Assembly: GCA_020891255.1 (NCBI GenBank)
Contig: BQFW01000007.1
Coordinates: 2,356,001-2,420,000, forward strand
DNA length: 64,000 nt
Direction of reading: 5' to 3'
Origin: Entomortierella parvispora E1425
Taxonomy: Eukaryota > Fungi > Mortierellomycota
Shown here: in pieces, positions 1 to 11,738 of the stretch
Layout: every line of letters starts with the position of its first letter
How positions within the stretch are numbered: the stretch's first letter is position 1
Notes under the pieces: generated by a model
Told to the model about the DNA's origin: nothing
The model's database searches: none
Seen by the model: only the letters and a program-made list of their open reading frames with translations
Made by a program: the position numbers and the translations under genes

Positions 1-3000
1 CTCCAACTCTTCTTCGGGTTCCTTGACTGATCAAGAGCCAGAGACGTCGCTCATTAACCCCATGGAAACACCACTGAATCCAGACTCGGTCCCTCATCCA
101 AAGCTCTCCAAGGTGGGCCCTTATTTGACCATCTCGGCTTTACAGGCCTATACAGTGATGACAGTGGTTCGATGTTTGGCGGATCCCACGTGGATTGTTC
201 TCAAATCGAGTCAGGACAAGACAGGTGGAGGACAAGAAGATCCATATACGCTGAAGCTGGGACTGATCGGGAAGAAGGAAAGGATATGGCTGTCCTTGGC
301 GATCGGGTTCTCCATTTTGAACTCGATAGGTGTTACGATGCGCATCATGGATCGAATGACTCGGATGAGGAAGATTGTGGTCGTTTCGACTTATCTGCAA
401 GGTATGATGAGATCGTCCGCTAGTTGAGGATGGATGATGATTCTTTAAGAGCCGGAAACCATGCAGGAGAACAACGCTGCAAGAAATAATGCAATTTGTT
501 GTAGAAACTGAAACGACATAGGATCTGTCTGCTCCATACGCGGCAGCACATCTGTCGACCCTGATGCAAGAAGATAGAACTAACCGTAAAACGTTTGCAT
601 GGCCTTCTAATAGCTGGATTCTGTATCGCAGCGGTGACTTCGTTTCTCAGGGCGCATCAACTTCCTCCAGGAGCGCAATACTCGCATGGTTTTCTATCGT
701 GCGTGATGACCATGGTTTTTTCCTCCATCATTGCCTTGATGTTGTCCTGGGACTGGTGGCGAGGATTTCCTTCCGCAGGTCTGTCGGCCACATTAAAGGC
801 GCTGATCGTTGCTTCGTTTGTAACGACCGCCGTGATCCTGGTCGGGGCGACAATCTATACCCGACTCGAAGGCTGGACATTCGATCAGTCAGTCAACTTT
901 TGCATTGTCTCTTTTGCGACCATTGGCTATGGCAACATCAGTCCAAAGTCGACAGCGGGTCGGATCATCTTTTTCTTTTACGGACTCCTCGGCATCAGCA
1001 CCTTTGGATTCTTCATTGTCTCTCTCAGGAATGCCATCATTGAACAGTTCCAGTGGCGACTCGTGGACAGGTTTTCGCGCCCGGCCCACATGACTCGGGT
1101 CCAGACAAGGATGTCGGCCAAGGACTTGAGTTACCCGATGGCTCGCTTCGAAGAAGAACAGAGGGTCAAACTCTTGATCAAACGGAAAATGATTGTTAGG
1201 ATGGTGGTCATCTGGATCGTACTTTGGTTTGGAGGCGCGGGCGTCTTTTGTGCCTTTGAGAAGTGGAGTTATATCGAATCTCTGTACTTTTGTGTATGTG
1301 TTTATCTTTCTATCCGTATTGGTTCTCAGCGTCTGATACATTGCTCTGACCATCTATTCTCTCTGTTTGAACGAGTAGTTTGTAACTCTGACCACGATCG
1401 GGTTTGGAGACTACGTTCCAGAGGAACCAGGATCGATCGAGTTCTGGAACATTTATGTCTTTATCGGACTCACTGTTTTCGCTTACATCCTCTCTCTCTT
1501 TTCAGAATCCATGGCTTCTCATATTCATCTCGTCGATGATGTGGATGATGATGAGGACGGCGATGGACTGTATGGCTGGGAGCAATGTGAGGACCCCAAC
1601 GCTCCACTGACAACAAGAAGTGCATCTTTGGGACTAGAGGGATTGAAATGGGCCCAGAGTCAACAGATGCCATATCGTGGACCTCTTAATCAAAACGATA
1701 CATCTTTATCCTCTGCACTGCATCAACCGGGACCACAGGCCAACTCGGATCGAAAGCCAGGAGGCGTTCACTTTTGGGACGAGTCTCCAGCTCCCCAACA
1801 GTCATCGGCCAACTCAACAGTAACGGATTCACCAGGGCACCCATTGGCGGATACAGATGGAAACACGGCACCTCCACACCAGAGCATTGATATGTCACAG
1901 CAGTTGCGATTTAGACCAAAGCGGAGAAACTCGTCTGGTCGAATCTTGATGGTTTCAGCCAAAGAGCGGAGGCAGATGCTGCAGGCAGAATACTACGCCA
2001 CTCATGGAGGTCCACCCATGGCCAATGGGGCTCATGGCAACGCCGACATCAATCAAAGCAACAGTGGCGTCAGCGAAAACCATGGTGCTGGTCAAGACGG
2101 CATGATGGTGAACGCCCCTGCCACTATCAAATTTGTGGACATGTACGGGATACCCCATCAGCGGGTTGTTGGACGGCGCATGAGTTTGATCTCAAATAGT
2201 GCGACTGGGCCAGGTACCGGCTCAGATCCGAGTACGGGACCCCATAAGATACCCTATGGACATGACGGCGGCGGACCCCTTCCTCAATACACGTATGGAA
2301 CTACCGGATACTTTGATGATCTGGCTCGAAGAAGGCGAGGAACCGTTGCACCTATCCACGTCCCTGGAATGGCTGCAGCTGCAGAAGAAGCCCGACGGCA
2401 ACAGCAAGGGAAGCAGTCGCATCCACACCATCATCTTCTTCACCATGGCCACCGTGACCAAAGCAAAGATGAACATTCAGGCGGCGAAAAGATTGAGGGG
2501 CCTCATCATGATGACACTCAGCATCGATATCCCGAGGGAGCAGCTGGTGGAGGAGGTATGGTTGGCGCACACCAACAACTGCAAGAAGGACGATCGACTC
2601 CACCTCCAATGCAGACGAATATATTGCATCATCAACCGCAGGTCAAGTTTGAATCGCCACGGTCCAGTCCCAGAGGAGGAATGTTCCCATCGCGAATTCC
2701 TGGGGTGGCGTCCCCTCCAACTGCATCTCGTTTTTCACAGGAGTCACAAAGAATGACTGGAAGACCCGCACCAGAGCAAGATCAGTCTGCGCCGACATCC
2801 CCAAGCTCTTCAATGGCCCGCTCGTTGGACGTTATTTCGCCTTCACTGCTCTCTCCATCGTCAAAGGGCTCGCATGCAACTTCTAAACTAGGCGACCCCA
2901 TCGTAACGGAGGGAACAGGATGGTTGAAGATGCCATGGCCAGAGGAAGCTGAAGAGTTGCTGGAGCTAGAGACACCTCTGCCAAAGGTCAGCCTCGAAGC

Positions 3001-3943
3001 ACTTCCAAGACCCAGCAGGAAGGATGGTGTTGCCCCTGACAACGTTTCTCCGACATCCGGACACAGGAGGAACAACGGCGGAGCTCAAGATCATGCACCT
3101 TCCCCACCATGTATCCCTAGCTCTACCGCTGAGACTTCTCGCTCTTCTAGTGAAACTGCAGCCTCTTCCGGGATCAGAAGTACCGTGGAGAATCAAAGAA
3201 TTACCCCTACTTGTTCAGGACAGTCTTTACCGTTGACTAACGACTCTCCCAGCGATGTCGGTCCCTTCAACGAGATTCGCGATCCAGAATCGATACCTTC
3301 ATTTGATGAGGATACCGATCTCAATGACACAGATAATTCAACCGCATCACCACTGAAAGAGTCCCGACCGGAAAAGAAAACACACCTTCCATTCAGCATC
3401 TCTGGAACACATTCGCCGCCACCACCACGACAGCAACCCCCATTGACCAACATTGTACAACAAGAACGACCGCCTCCCCCAGCCTCTTCCTCTTCATTGT
3501 CCGGATCACTTTCCTCTACGCCGTTGAACGCCACATCTGCAAATACCCCTTTGGATACTCCGCCATGGCAAGGTCCACCACTGACTCAAGATCCAAGTCT
3601 AGAGCCACCCTCTCGACCAGATAAGGACCTTGGAGCTGACATGGGGCAAACAAATGCACCCGCTCCCTTGGCGGACACGTCTGCTCCGGCCTCCTCATCC
3701 TCTAGATCCCCGTCGATAGCGACCACCATCAGCATTGGACCCTTTGACGAGATCAGAGATGCTGAATCGATCGCGACGTTTGATGTGGACGTTGACTTAA
3801 ACCATCTGGATCCAGATCCTCAGCAGGTTTTGGAAGCCAAGTCGAGTCGAAAGGAAATGAAGCGGCGTCAAAAAGCCATTGAGGCGGCTTTGGAAGAAAG
3901 TGACAAGGATCAAGATGACCAGAAAAGCGGGCAACATGGCTAG
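1..3943 (+). CDS. TOK1: TOK-family two-pore-domain outward-rectifier K+ channel, 5'-truncated; exons <1-401, 614-1293, 1379-3943
   Basis: Splicing GT-AG introns 402-613 and 1294-1378 gives a continuous frame. It has several hydrophobic helices and two K+ pore signatures, SFATIGYGNISP and TLTTIGFGDYVP; the second appears only after splicing. The frame is open to position 1. A low-complexity C-tail of ~800 aa follows. Confidence 0.9.
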
Positions 3944-4098
3944 AAGTACATCGCATCCCCTTATCATTCGCATCATAATATGTATAGTAGTATCCCATAG
4001 AATTGGTATTTTTTTTTTTTTTTTTTGTAAATTTACTATACAATTACAAGGTCTATTGTGTGAGTTTCTGTTGTTGTTGTTTACTGTACAATCTGACC

Positions 4099-6735
4099 TC
4101 AGGCAGTGACGCCAGTGCCAGAGCTCCGGCCGTTGATGTTGTTGGTACCAGCGCCTGTAAAAGGGGAAGAGGGCAGAGAGGAGGACAAGGCCGAGGACAT
4201 GTCCCACCAAGTCACGACTTGGTCGGCGACTCTTTCCAGCTTGTGCTCCAATCGGCTCTTGACCATCTTGCCAATCCAGGTACTTCCAATCTGTTTGACA
4301 TACCCATCGATGCTTGGGTACCCTTCCAAGATTTTGCCTACGCGATCTAACCCAGACAAGCTCGGTTGAGTCTGTCCCTGATCCTCTTGGCCTTCCAAAA
4401 CACACTGCTGCTGTTGGTAGAGCCGCTGTGGCGTCGCCTGTCGTACCACATTTTGCTGCTCTTGTGTCTGCATTTTTACCTCCTCAGACTCGGACTCGGA
4501 CTCGGACTCGGACTCGGATGACTCCTCACTTAGTTCTGTCAATCGAGCCCTGGAGGAAGTAGCAGTGCTGTGGGTGGCCAAGGACTGAGAGCTCTCGACG
4601 CCGAGCAGGGTCAGACCAAGAGAAACGCTCTCAATCACTTGATCCAACGTCAGCAGAAGTACGTACTCGCACCAGTCCCGGAACTGAGCCTGGCCTATAT
4701 GCACGGTTTGGATCCATTCCTTCCACGCATCCAGTGCCACTGTCATGACAATCGTCCAGGGTGGAGACGAAGGCAGGGGGAAAACCATGGCTGCGGGCAT
4801 GGTCATCCAACGACCGGTTGTACGGCCGTGATGGGAACCAGCGGTATAGCAGCGAGAAGACGATGAGGATACCGATACTTGACTGTAGGTATGGCTGCCA
4901 CAATGGATGTTGGTGTTATTGACTGTAGAAGCGGGCGGGAGCGATCCTGGCATCTTGCTGCTGCGCTCTTCTAAAGAAAGGGTCGTCAAAGCAGAGAGAT
5001 TCAACTGCCTGGGGAACATCAATCCCTCTTCGAGACCCATGCGTCGTGACTTGATCTTCCAAACGTCTTGGGCAGACTCATAACCTTCTTCATCATCCTC
5101 CACATCGTCGTCTGTGTCGTTGACGTCCACCATCTGATGAGATTCAGACCGGGACATGGTGGCTGACATGGAAGCTTCCTCTTCCTGGAGCAAGTTCAGC
5201 TCTTGAGTGCTTAGGGGTCGGAGGACCAACATGGGCTGTCCTTCTGAAAGGATGCCTTTGATCTCAATCCAGGTAAACTCTTCTGCAGACTGAGGTTCAG
5301 GGAGGACACGAGCACGAGACTCCATGCCAGTAGGATCGATCCACTCTTCAAAGGTCTCGCCTTGAAATTCAATCGTTCGAGGAGGCGATACAGTGTCGCT
5401 GCTACTTGTAGCAGTAGAGACCGCGCTCACCTCCGCTGACTGAATCATACGCCCAACGCGCCAGCGTACTCGAAACTGGGTATAGAGAGCCTTGCAGACA
5501 TGGTCCAGTCCCTGGCAAAGCGGGCGCAGATCCTGGGGATGGACACAGGACATGACGGAGGTGTTGGTCAAGGCCTCCATTGCTGCTCGATCCTGCCCTA
5601 AAAAGAGCAGAGGACATGAAGAAACGGCCGCAGACGACGAGGAGGCGGCAGGCAGGACGGTGAAGGCGTGGTCAATGGTTCCAAAGCGAGTGACCTGCAA
5701 CATCAACAAGAGTCCACTGGAGCAATTTTGATGGGGCGGGTGAATAGAAGCAGCGATTGTCCCAGGAGTGGGAGCGCGCGTGTCCTGTTTGGTGCTAGTG
5801 CTTGTGCAACCATTGCAAGAGTCGCCCACACGATGATGATGAGGTGGGGGAGAACGAGAAGAATTGGGTATAAGTGGTTGCTTTGTTTGTTGTTGTGGCG
5901 AGGGCGAGACTGAGATGGGAGAGGGATAGAGTTTCGGCTGGTGAGGATGACCCATCACGAGAGCGCCTTTTGGCCTCATTGCTTTTCTAGCTGAGGATAC
6001 CTGCTTGCGCAGAGGGAACGGTGAGGAGGAGGGTAATGACGACGATGGGGAAGCACAAGTGGATGGCTGCCGCCGTGAGGATTCTGTCCGGGCTGCGACT
6101 GCCAGGTCGTGGATCCGGGTGACATCCTTGAGCACATAGACACGACAGGATTGCTCAGGCTGGTTGCATCCAGGCACGCACCGATCTGTCGGTACAGAGC
6201 ACACCACTGAACGGTGGATACAACTGTGAACGCGTCGATGCCGTTTCTGTGGGGAAAGGGACCTCGAGGAGGAGGTGGTGGGAAAAGAACACGTTGATCC
6301 TGATACGGTGTCATCCGACGGGAGCGAGACCAGGAAGGGCTGGATAGTTTTGGAGTGGTGCTCCTGCGGATATGTCGACTCTGACTCTGCTGTCTCTTTG
6401 GATAGTAGTGGTGATGATGATGACGAGGATGATGAGGATGATAGTGAGGAGGACGAGGAAGGAAAAGAAGGGAGAGAGAGAAAGAAAGAGTCGTGATCGG
6501 GTTGGAGAACCTCCAAGATCGATTTGCCCCTGAGGAGGAGATCCAATCGAGCACGCTGGGACTGGATGGCACTGTCCTTCAGAGAATAGGGAGAAGGAGG
6601 ATCGAGCGCACAGCTCGAGGAAGAGATAAAGAGGTCGAGGGCGTCCTGGTCGAGGGCGAGTATGGTGAAGGGATAAGTGTCTGTCGTGGTGATGGTGCAG
6701 TAGGTGCGGAGAGGGCAGTCGGCAAGGGTATGCAT
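4099..6735 (-). CDS. Uncharacterised single-exon protein (~878 aa) with probable PAS-like domain(s)
   Basis: Long uninterrupted ORF. The likely ATG (MHTLAD) at 6735 follows a CT-rich leader. The segment SVMSCVHPQDLRPLCQGL...FRVRWR...FTWIEIKG...MLVLRP resembles a PAS fold. Ser-rich linkers and a helical C-terminus are present. Confidence 0.75.
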   Translation of the reverse strand: MHTLADCPLRTYCTITTTDTYPFTILALDQDALDLFISSSSCALDPPSPYSLKDSAIQSQRARLDLLLRGKSILEVLQPDHDSFFLSLPSFPSSSSSLSSSSSSSSSSPLLSKETAESESTYPQEHHSKTIQPFLVSLPSDDTVSGSTCSFPTTSSSRSLSPQKRHRRVHSCIHRSVVCSVPTDRCVPGCNQPEQSCRVYVLKDVTRIHDLAVAARTESSRRQPSTCASPSSSLPSSSPFPLRKQVSSARKAMRPKGALVMGHPHQPKLYPSPISVSPSPQQQTKQPLIPNSSRSPPPHHHRVGDSCNGCTSTSTKQDTRAPTPGTIAASIHPPHQNCSSGLLLMLQVTRFGTIDHAFTVLPAASSSSAAVSSCPLLFLGQDRAAMEALTNTSVMSCVHPQDLRPLCQGLDHVCKALYTQFRVRWRVGRMIQSAEVSAVSTATSSSDTVSPPRTIEFQGETFEEWIDPTGMESRARVLPEPQSAEEFTWIEIKGILSEGQPMLVLRPLSTQELNLLQEEEASMSATMSRSESHQMVDVNDTDDDVEDDEEGYESAQDVWKIKSRRMGLEEGLMFPRQLNLSALTTLSLEERSSKMPGSLPPASTVNNTNIHCGSHTYSQVSVSSSSSRCYTAGSHHGRTTGRWMTMPAAMVFPLPSSPPWTIVMTVALDAWKEWIQTVHIGQAQFRDWCEYVLLLTLDQVIESVSLGLTLLGVESSQSLATHSTATSSRARLTELSEESSESESESESESEEVKMQTQEQQNVVRQATPQRLYQQQQCVLEGQEDQGQTQPSLSGLDRVGKILEGYPSIDGYVKQIGSTWIGKMVKSRLEHKLERVADQVVTWWDMSSALSSSLPSSPFTGAGTNNINGRSSGTGVTA
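4489..4518 (+). repeat. (CTCGGA)5 hexamer microsatellite encoding an ESESES tract in the minus-strand gene
   Basis: Read directly from the sequence. Confidence 0.95.
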
Positions 6736-6841
6736 GGGGAAGGTCAAGAAGAAGAAAGAGCTGTGGAGGTGTGGAGGAGCGCAAATGGGAATGAGGGGGA
6801 CACAGGGACAAGGTCGGGGATAGAAAATTGGATGCAAAAGA

Positions 6842-6990
6842 GAATGAAGTGGATGAATGAAGTGAATGAATGAATGAAGTGAATGAATGAATGAATGAAG
6901 AAAGACAGGAAAGAACGAAGGATGGGTCGATGGTCAAGAGTAGAGAGAGACTGAATGCAAACGAGGAATAATGAATGAATGAATGAATGA
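6842..6990 (+). repeat. Imperfect (GAAT)n microsatellite blocks
   Basis: GAATGAAT/GAAGTGAAT runs at about 6842-6900 and 6970-6990. Confidence 0.9.
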
Positions 6991-7058
6991 AAGAGAAAGG
7001 AAATGAAGAAAGAGGCGAAGAAGAGCTGCATCTATCAAAGACTCGAATGCAAGGCTCT

Positions 7059-7114
7059 CTGTTCGCTGTTCGCTGTTCGCTGTTCGCTGTTCGCTGTTCG
7101 CTGTTCGCTGTTCG
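7059..7114 (+). repeat. (CTGTTCG)8 perfect heptamer tandem repeat
   Basis: Eight perfect copies counted. Confidence 0.97.
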
Positions 7115-7180
7115 CTTCTCTCTGTTGAAGCCCAGGGGGGAGGAAGGAAGATTTCCTTGCGTTCGTTTGCATGGATACGG

Positions 7181-7208
7181 TACATACATACATACATACA
7201 TACATACA
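7181..7208 (+). repeat. (TACA)7 microsatellite
   Basis: Seven perfect copies counted. Confidence 0.95.
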
Positions 7209-10200
7209 TCCCTCTCCTTTCCTTTCTTTCCCTCGCTCCCTCTCTGTCTCTTTCTCCCTTTCTCTCTCTCTCCACCTCGTTCATCTTCGCTCCTCCTGTG
7301 GAGAAAGAAGAAGGAGGGAGATCGTTAAAAATTGGCGTACATGACATGAACAGCACAGTACATGTACAGGCAGGACTGCACCCCACACAGAAGCACCCCT
7401 TGACGTGATCAGGGTCGCATCTCACTGCGTCCTTGCCTCGCTGCCGGGGATTTTTTTTCTTTTTCTTCCTCTCCCCTCTCCCATCTTGCCCTTCTCCTTC
7501 CCCTTGGCTCACAGAAACCGAGCGATCCAAAACATGTAGACCAGCAGACGACAATGGTCCGGTGCGCCAACACCATGTGGGACAGTCATCGGGGGGTGGG
7601 GGTGGGAGGGGAGCATGCTAAAAGCTATTCCGATGACCCATTCCTCTTCCTCACCCCAACAATCTTTGACGTCCCAGTGCATCCCTCGTGTTTGCTTCGA
7701 TGTGACCCCATGCACCCAGATCAAAAGCATCGCCCATCACTATCACTCTTTGTAAAGTCAGGCACACTGCAGCCCTCCATCGAACAATTCTCCTTTGCTC
7801 TACTTTGCGCTGCTCCTCATTTGTTTTGCATCTGCTTTCTCTCTGTCAAACATAGCAAAGGCGTGGTTCAGGGTGGTTATCTTGTACCGCGTCGCGTCTT
7901 TTCTGTCTGTTTGCATTACGACACCCAAGAGCATGACCCACAGACATTGTCGAAAGGCAACGAGAGATTGATCGGATCTATCCATCTCTCTTCCAACTTG
8001 CAATGCGTTCAGCACAGGGCAAAAACAAAAGGACGCGTTTCCTGCAAAACGTGGGCACAAGATGGCCACCATATCATCATCGCTCTTCTTTGGTCGTCGT
8101 CTTCTTTTTCCACGGCCCCTTCTTTCTTTCAGTCGCACAAGAGGGCTGAAAAAACACGCGTTCGCTTCTCATTGCGGTCGACCACACTTTGTCGCCTTTG
8201 CAAAAATTGTGAACACAGAACGTGGAAAACCCTGTTCGCTTTTCTTCCCTGCGTCTGTACCGTACATTCCCAACTCAAAACAAAAAAAAAGAGGCCTTCC
8301 CAGCAAACAGCCATTTGATCTCTATCTTTACTTCCCTTGCGGCAATTGCTCTCTCTTCCCGGAGCGTTCCTTGGAATCGATCTCTTTTAAAACAACATCT
8401 TCTTACGTGCAACCTTTGCCCCAGTTACTCCCGCAATGTGGTGCAGTGCATGCATCCGTTTGTTTACAATTTCTCTCTTTGGACTTTGTTGTTGATCTGC
8501 ACCCGCTGCAGGAGGGTGGGATGACAATGATGGACATTGTTGTTATCAACCTCAACAACAAGACAAATTCTTGTTGGCTCAATTGCTCCAAAAAAATTTC
8601 TATAGTTCCTGCAGGAGGGAGTGGGGGGTAAAGGCCAAGATTTTTTGGCCCTGGGTCCTGAGCCCGGACGCAGGTGTGTTTGTTGTCCATTAGCAAACCC
8701 GGATGGACGCGGGAACCTGAACAATGCCCATAAATTAGTCCAACCCCCTTGCCCCCGTCCCCACCGAAATTTCGGCGCGAAATGCAAGGTTCACGGTTTC
8801 GCCACCAATTGCTGTAAGGGCGGCGATCCTATCCGAAAATGGTGGCGAGGACGCGCTTCCTTGGCGTTCCATCCTTAGATCAGATTTTCCGCTTCTAATG
8901 TTGTTCTCTGTCTGCTCAGTTCTAATAGACCCTCCGACCAGCAAGGTTGATCGATTAAAAGAAACTAGAACAATAATAATGACGCTATTGTTGTTGCTGC
9001 CATGGAACGGCGATCGATTTTTACAAAGTAGCCACGCTTCGGGCTTGTCGGACATATGAAATCCACGCGACACAATACAACAGCACAGTACTCAGCACGT
9101 TTTTCAACATCTGACGGGGCTTCGTGCTATTATTTCCCCATCAGCTGTTGAGAGGATGTACATGTACACATTCACAATAGCCTAGAGTGACAATTGCCAT
9201 TTTTTTTTTTGGGTTATTGGGGTGTTCGACAGGAGAGAGCTCGTGCGAATTTGAACCTTTAGGTTGGTTGACATATGAAGGCTACGGCAAACAGGGCCTT
9301 CTGAGAGCACCACAACTACATCATCACCACTATCGTGTCCACCTCATATGACCATATTACATATGCACGTACTATCAGAGTCATAAGAAATACATGTCAC
9401 CGAGATTCTGGTTGCTATGCAATGTTCACCTCCAATGTAGAGATCAATGCATATCATTCCACACTCGCCGATCGGGCCGGGTATTTTTGGGAACCATTCC
9501 ATCCAAACGGGGTCATGGGCCCCCATCTCACACATGTTCAAAAGTATTTGATGCCTCCGCCTTGCGTTCTAGATGAAGCTACAGGCCATTGTTGTCTATG
9601 AATAAACTGTATGTGTTGCCAAGAAAAAAAAGGAGAGGTTTGCATCAAGAATGGGTATCAACTCCTCAATGGAGGAGCCTTGCTTCAAAGAGGACGGAGG
9701 TTCATAGAGTTTAACGCTCTTCCTCCCCTTTAAAACCGTTGCATTATTCTGTCAGGAGTTTGAAAATGAAAACGCAGGGATGCGCGGCCTCTTCGTCCCT
9801 GACAGGTTCGTAATCACCAGGGTCTACCAGAGCACTGTGTGGCATCATAGGCAGACGGAACAGTAAGCGGGTATGCTTGGGATTTGGGTCCAGCAGTGCA
9901 TCCCTTTTCCTATTCCTGTCGACGAGTTCCTTTTTTTTTTTTTTTTTTTTTGATTTGGATTTGGATTTGGATTGGATGCCCAACCGTTTTATCTTGCAAT
10001 TGCAATGTACATGTACCCTCATTGCGTGGATCAATTGACAGCGTTCTTTTCATTCTCATCTCGGACTTTGAGGTCGTGTTGGAAGTACAAAGCTGGCTTT
10101 GTGTTGACATAAGAAAGCGAAAGTTGGACTCTCATTCCTGCGAAGTGCATGTACCCACAACCACACAGTGATTGTTTATTTTTGAGTCACCCAAGCCCTC

Positions 10201-11738
10201 CCCAGCCATTTATTTGAGCCGTGGGCGACTGTGCCCCTCCAACAATAGCCACAATCAACAAGGAGCAACAAAGGCAACTGAGGAAAACCGAGTAAGGCGA
10301 TGTCACACCCGATCCCCCGACAGTGCTAGTCAGAACGTAAAATCGACGCAGCCAGTCAGTTTGCCATGGACCCTGAGAGCAAAAAAAAAAAAAATGGACA
10401 TCAAACGTGCGAGGGATAGAACAACAACAAAACCCAGACCCGCAGTTCCTACCCCTCCAACCGACCCAAACCCCTACAAGCCCATCCACCCAAACGGCTC
10501 CAACCTCTCCCCTTCCATCTCTCCTTGCCCATAGCCACTCTCCATATCGGTGGCTCCCCTTTTCACGTTATGGATGCTGGGCGAGGGACCAGCCAAGACA
10601 GGGGGGTTTGGAGCAGAACGTGTAATGTCTGGGACAGCCAAAGGACATCTGGTCCCTGTCCCAACACAGAGAGCTCTTGTTTGTTGCACAGTAAATGCAA
10701 AGCTATTCCGTTGTGACATAGAGCGCAAAAAAAGGCATATCCTTTGTCGAGAATGAGGACACGCTGCTGAGTCGACGCAAGGTAGGCGCCCGGAACATAG
10801 GATGTGAGCGACCAAAGCACCCCCCAAGAAAATAAGAAGCTGACAAGAATTGCAATAGTGGAGCGAGCAGAAGGGCCACTGACTCTGAGGACGAAGAAGT
10901 AAGACGGACTGAATGCGCAATGATACACAAGCATGCACGCAATATCAATCAATTGCCATCTGTCTATCGAGATGGGGTGTACATTGAGATTCGGTGCAAT
11001 GGACTATCGGACGACGGCAAGTGAAGGGCGGCAGATGAAAGAAGGGATGCCAAGATGGAGGGAGGGAGGGAAGGGGTATCCTCGGAGCCGGTGTTCTGTT
11101 CCCTCGACACCTACTTTTTATGGATCTCTTTTTTTTCTCTTTCTTTCTTCTTCCCTCTCTTCTTCACTTACCTTTTCTCTTCATTCATCCGTCTTTAATC
11201 GCATCCTTCATCCTTTGCATTTTTGTTGTCTTCATTATCGCATTTCATCCACGTTCTTATCGTTCCTGCCTTTGTCCCACCCAAGCCCTTTCCGCCTTGC
11301 ATCATTCGCATCATCATCGCCACTCAACCGTCGCCGCACGTCCCCAAAAGGAGTCCATTCCCTCGCACAACCCACCCAACCTGACCTCCCGTCGCAGTGC
11401 CCCCGGTCGAGCCACCCTCCTTTCTTTCTCTGACTCTTCGAGCTCTTTTCCTCCTTCCCTTCCCCCGTCCCTGCCAACTCTCACGAACCCCTTTGTGCCG
11501 CATTCTTCATTCACAAACAGCATTCCAACTCCATTCACCTCAAACATACAAACTACATTGTCCCCCCTTCTAGTTGTGCAAAAGGAAGGACTGACTCTTA
11601 TTCACCAACCCACACTCTATTCCCCCCAATTGAAAAAGCCCTTCACTCGCCTCCGCTCCGTCTCCTCCGAGTTGAGACTACGCGTTTGCCACCAAATTAT
11701 CCACCCCTTCCCTCCGAGACACAACCTCGTCGTAGGCC

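Noticed and set aside
402-613. Possible box C/D snoRNA in TOK intron 1 (ATGATGA ~435, CTGA ~508 and ~561), plus an 11-nt match to the U6 5' end (CGGCAGCACAT)
   Set aside because: There is no convincing terminal stem and no guide I can match to rRNA. The U6 match does not extend. Both are consistent with chance.
7059-7114. CRISPR-like array
   Set aside because: It is a contiguous 7-mer tandem repeat with no spacers, in a eukaryotic context.
6311-7554. ORFs of 200-300 aa over the microsatellite cluster (e.g. SEQRTAN repeats)
   Set aside because: These are artefacts of stop-free simple repeats.
9335-9601. 88-aa ORF in the intergenic region
   Set aside because: GTG start, no motif, and nothing else supporting it as coding.
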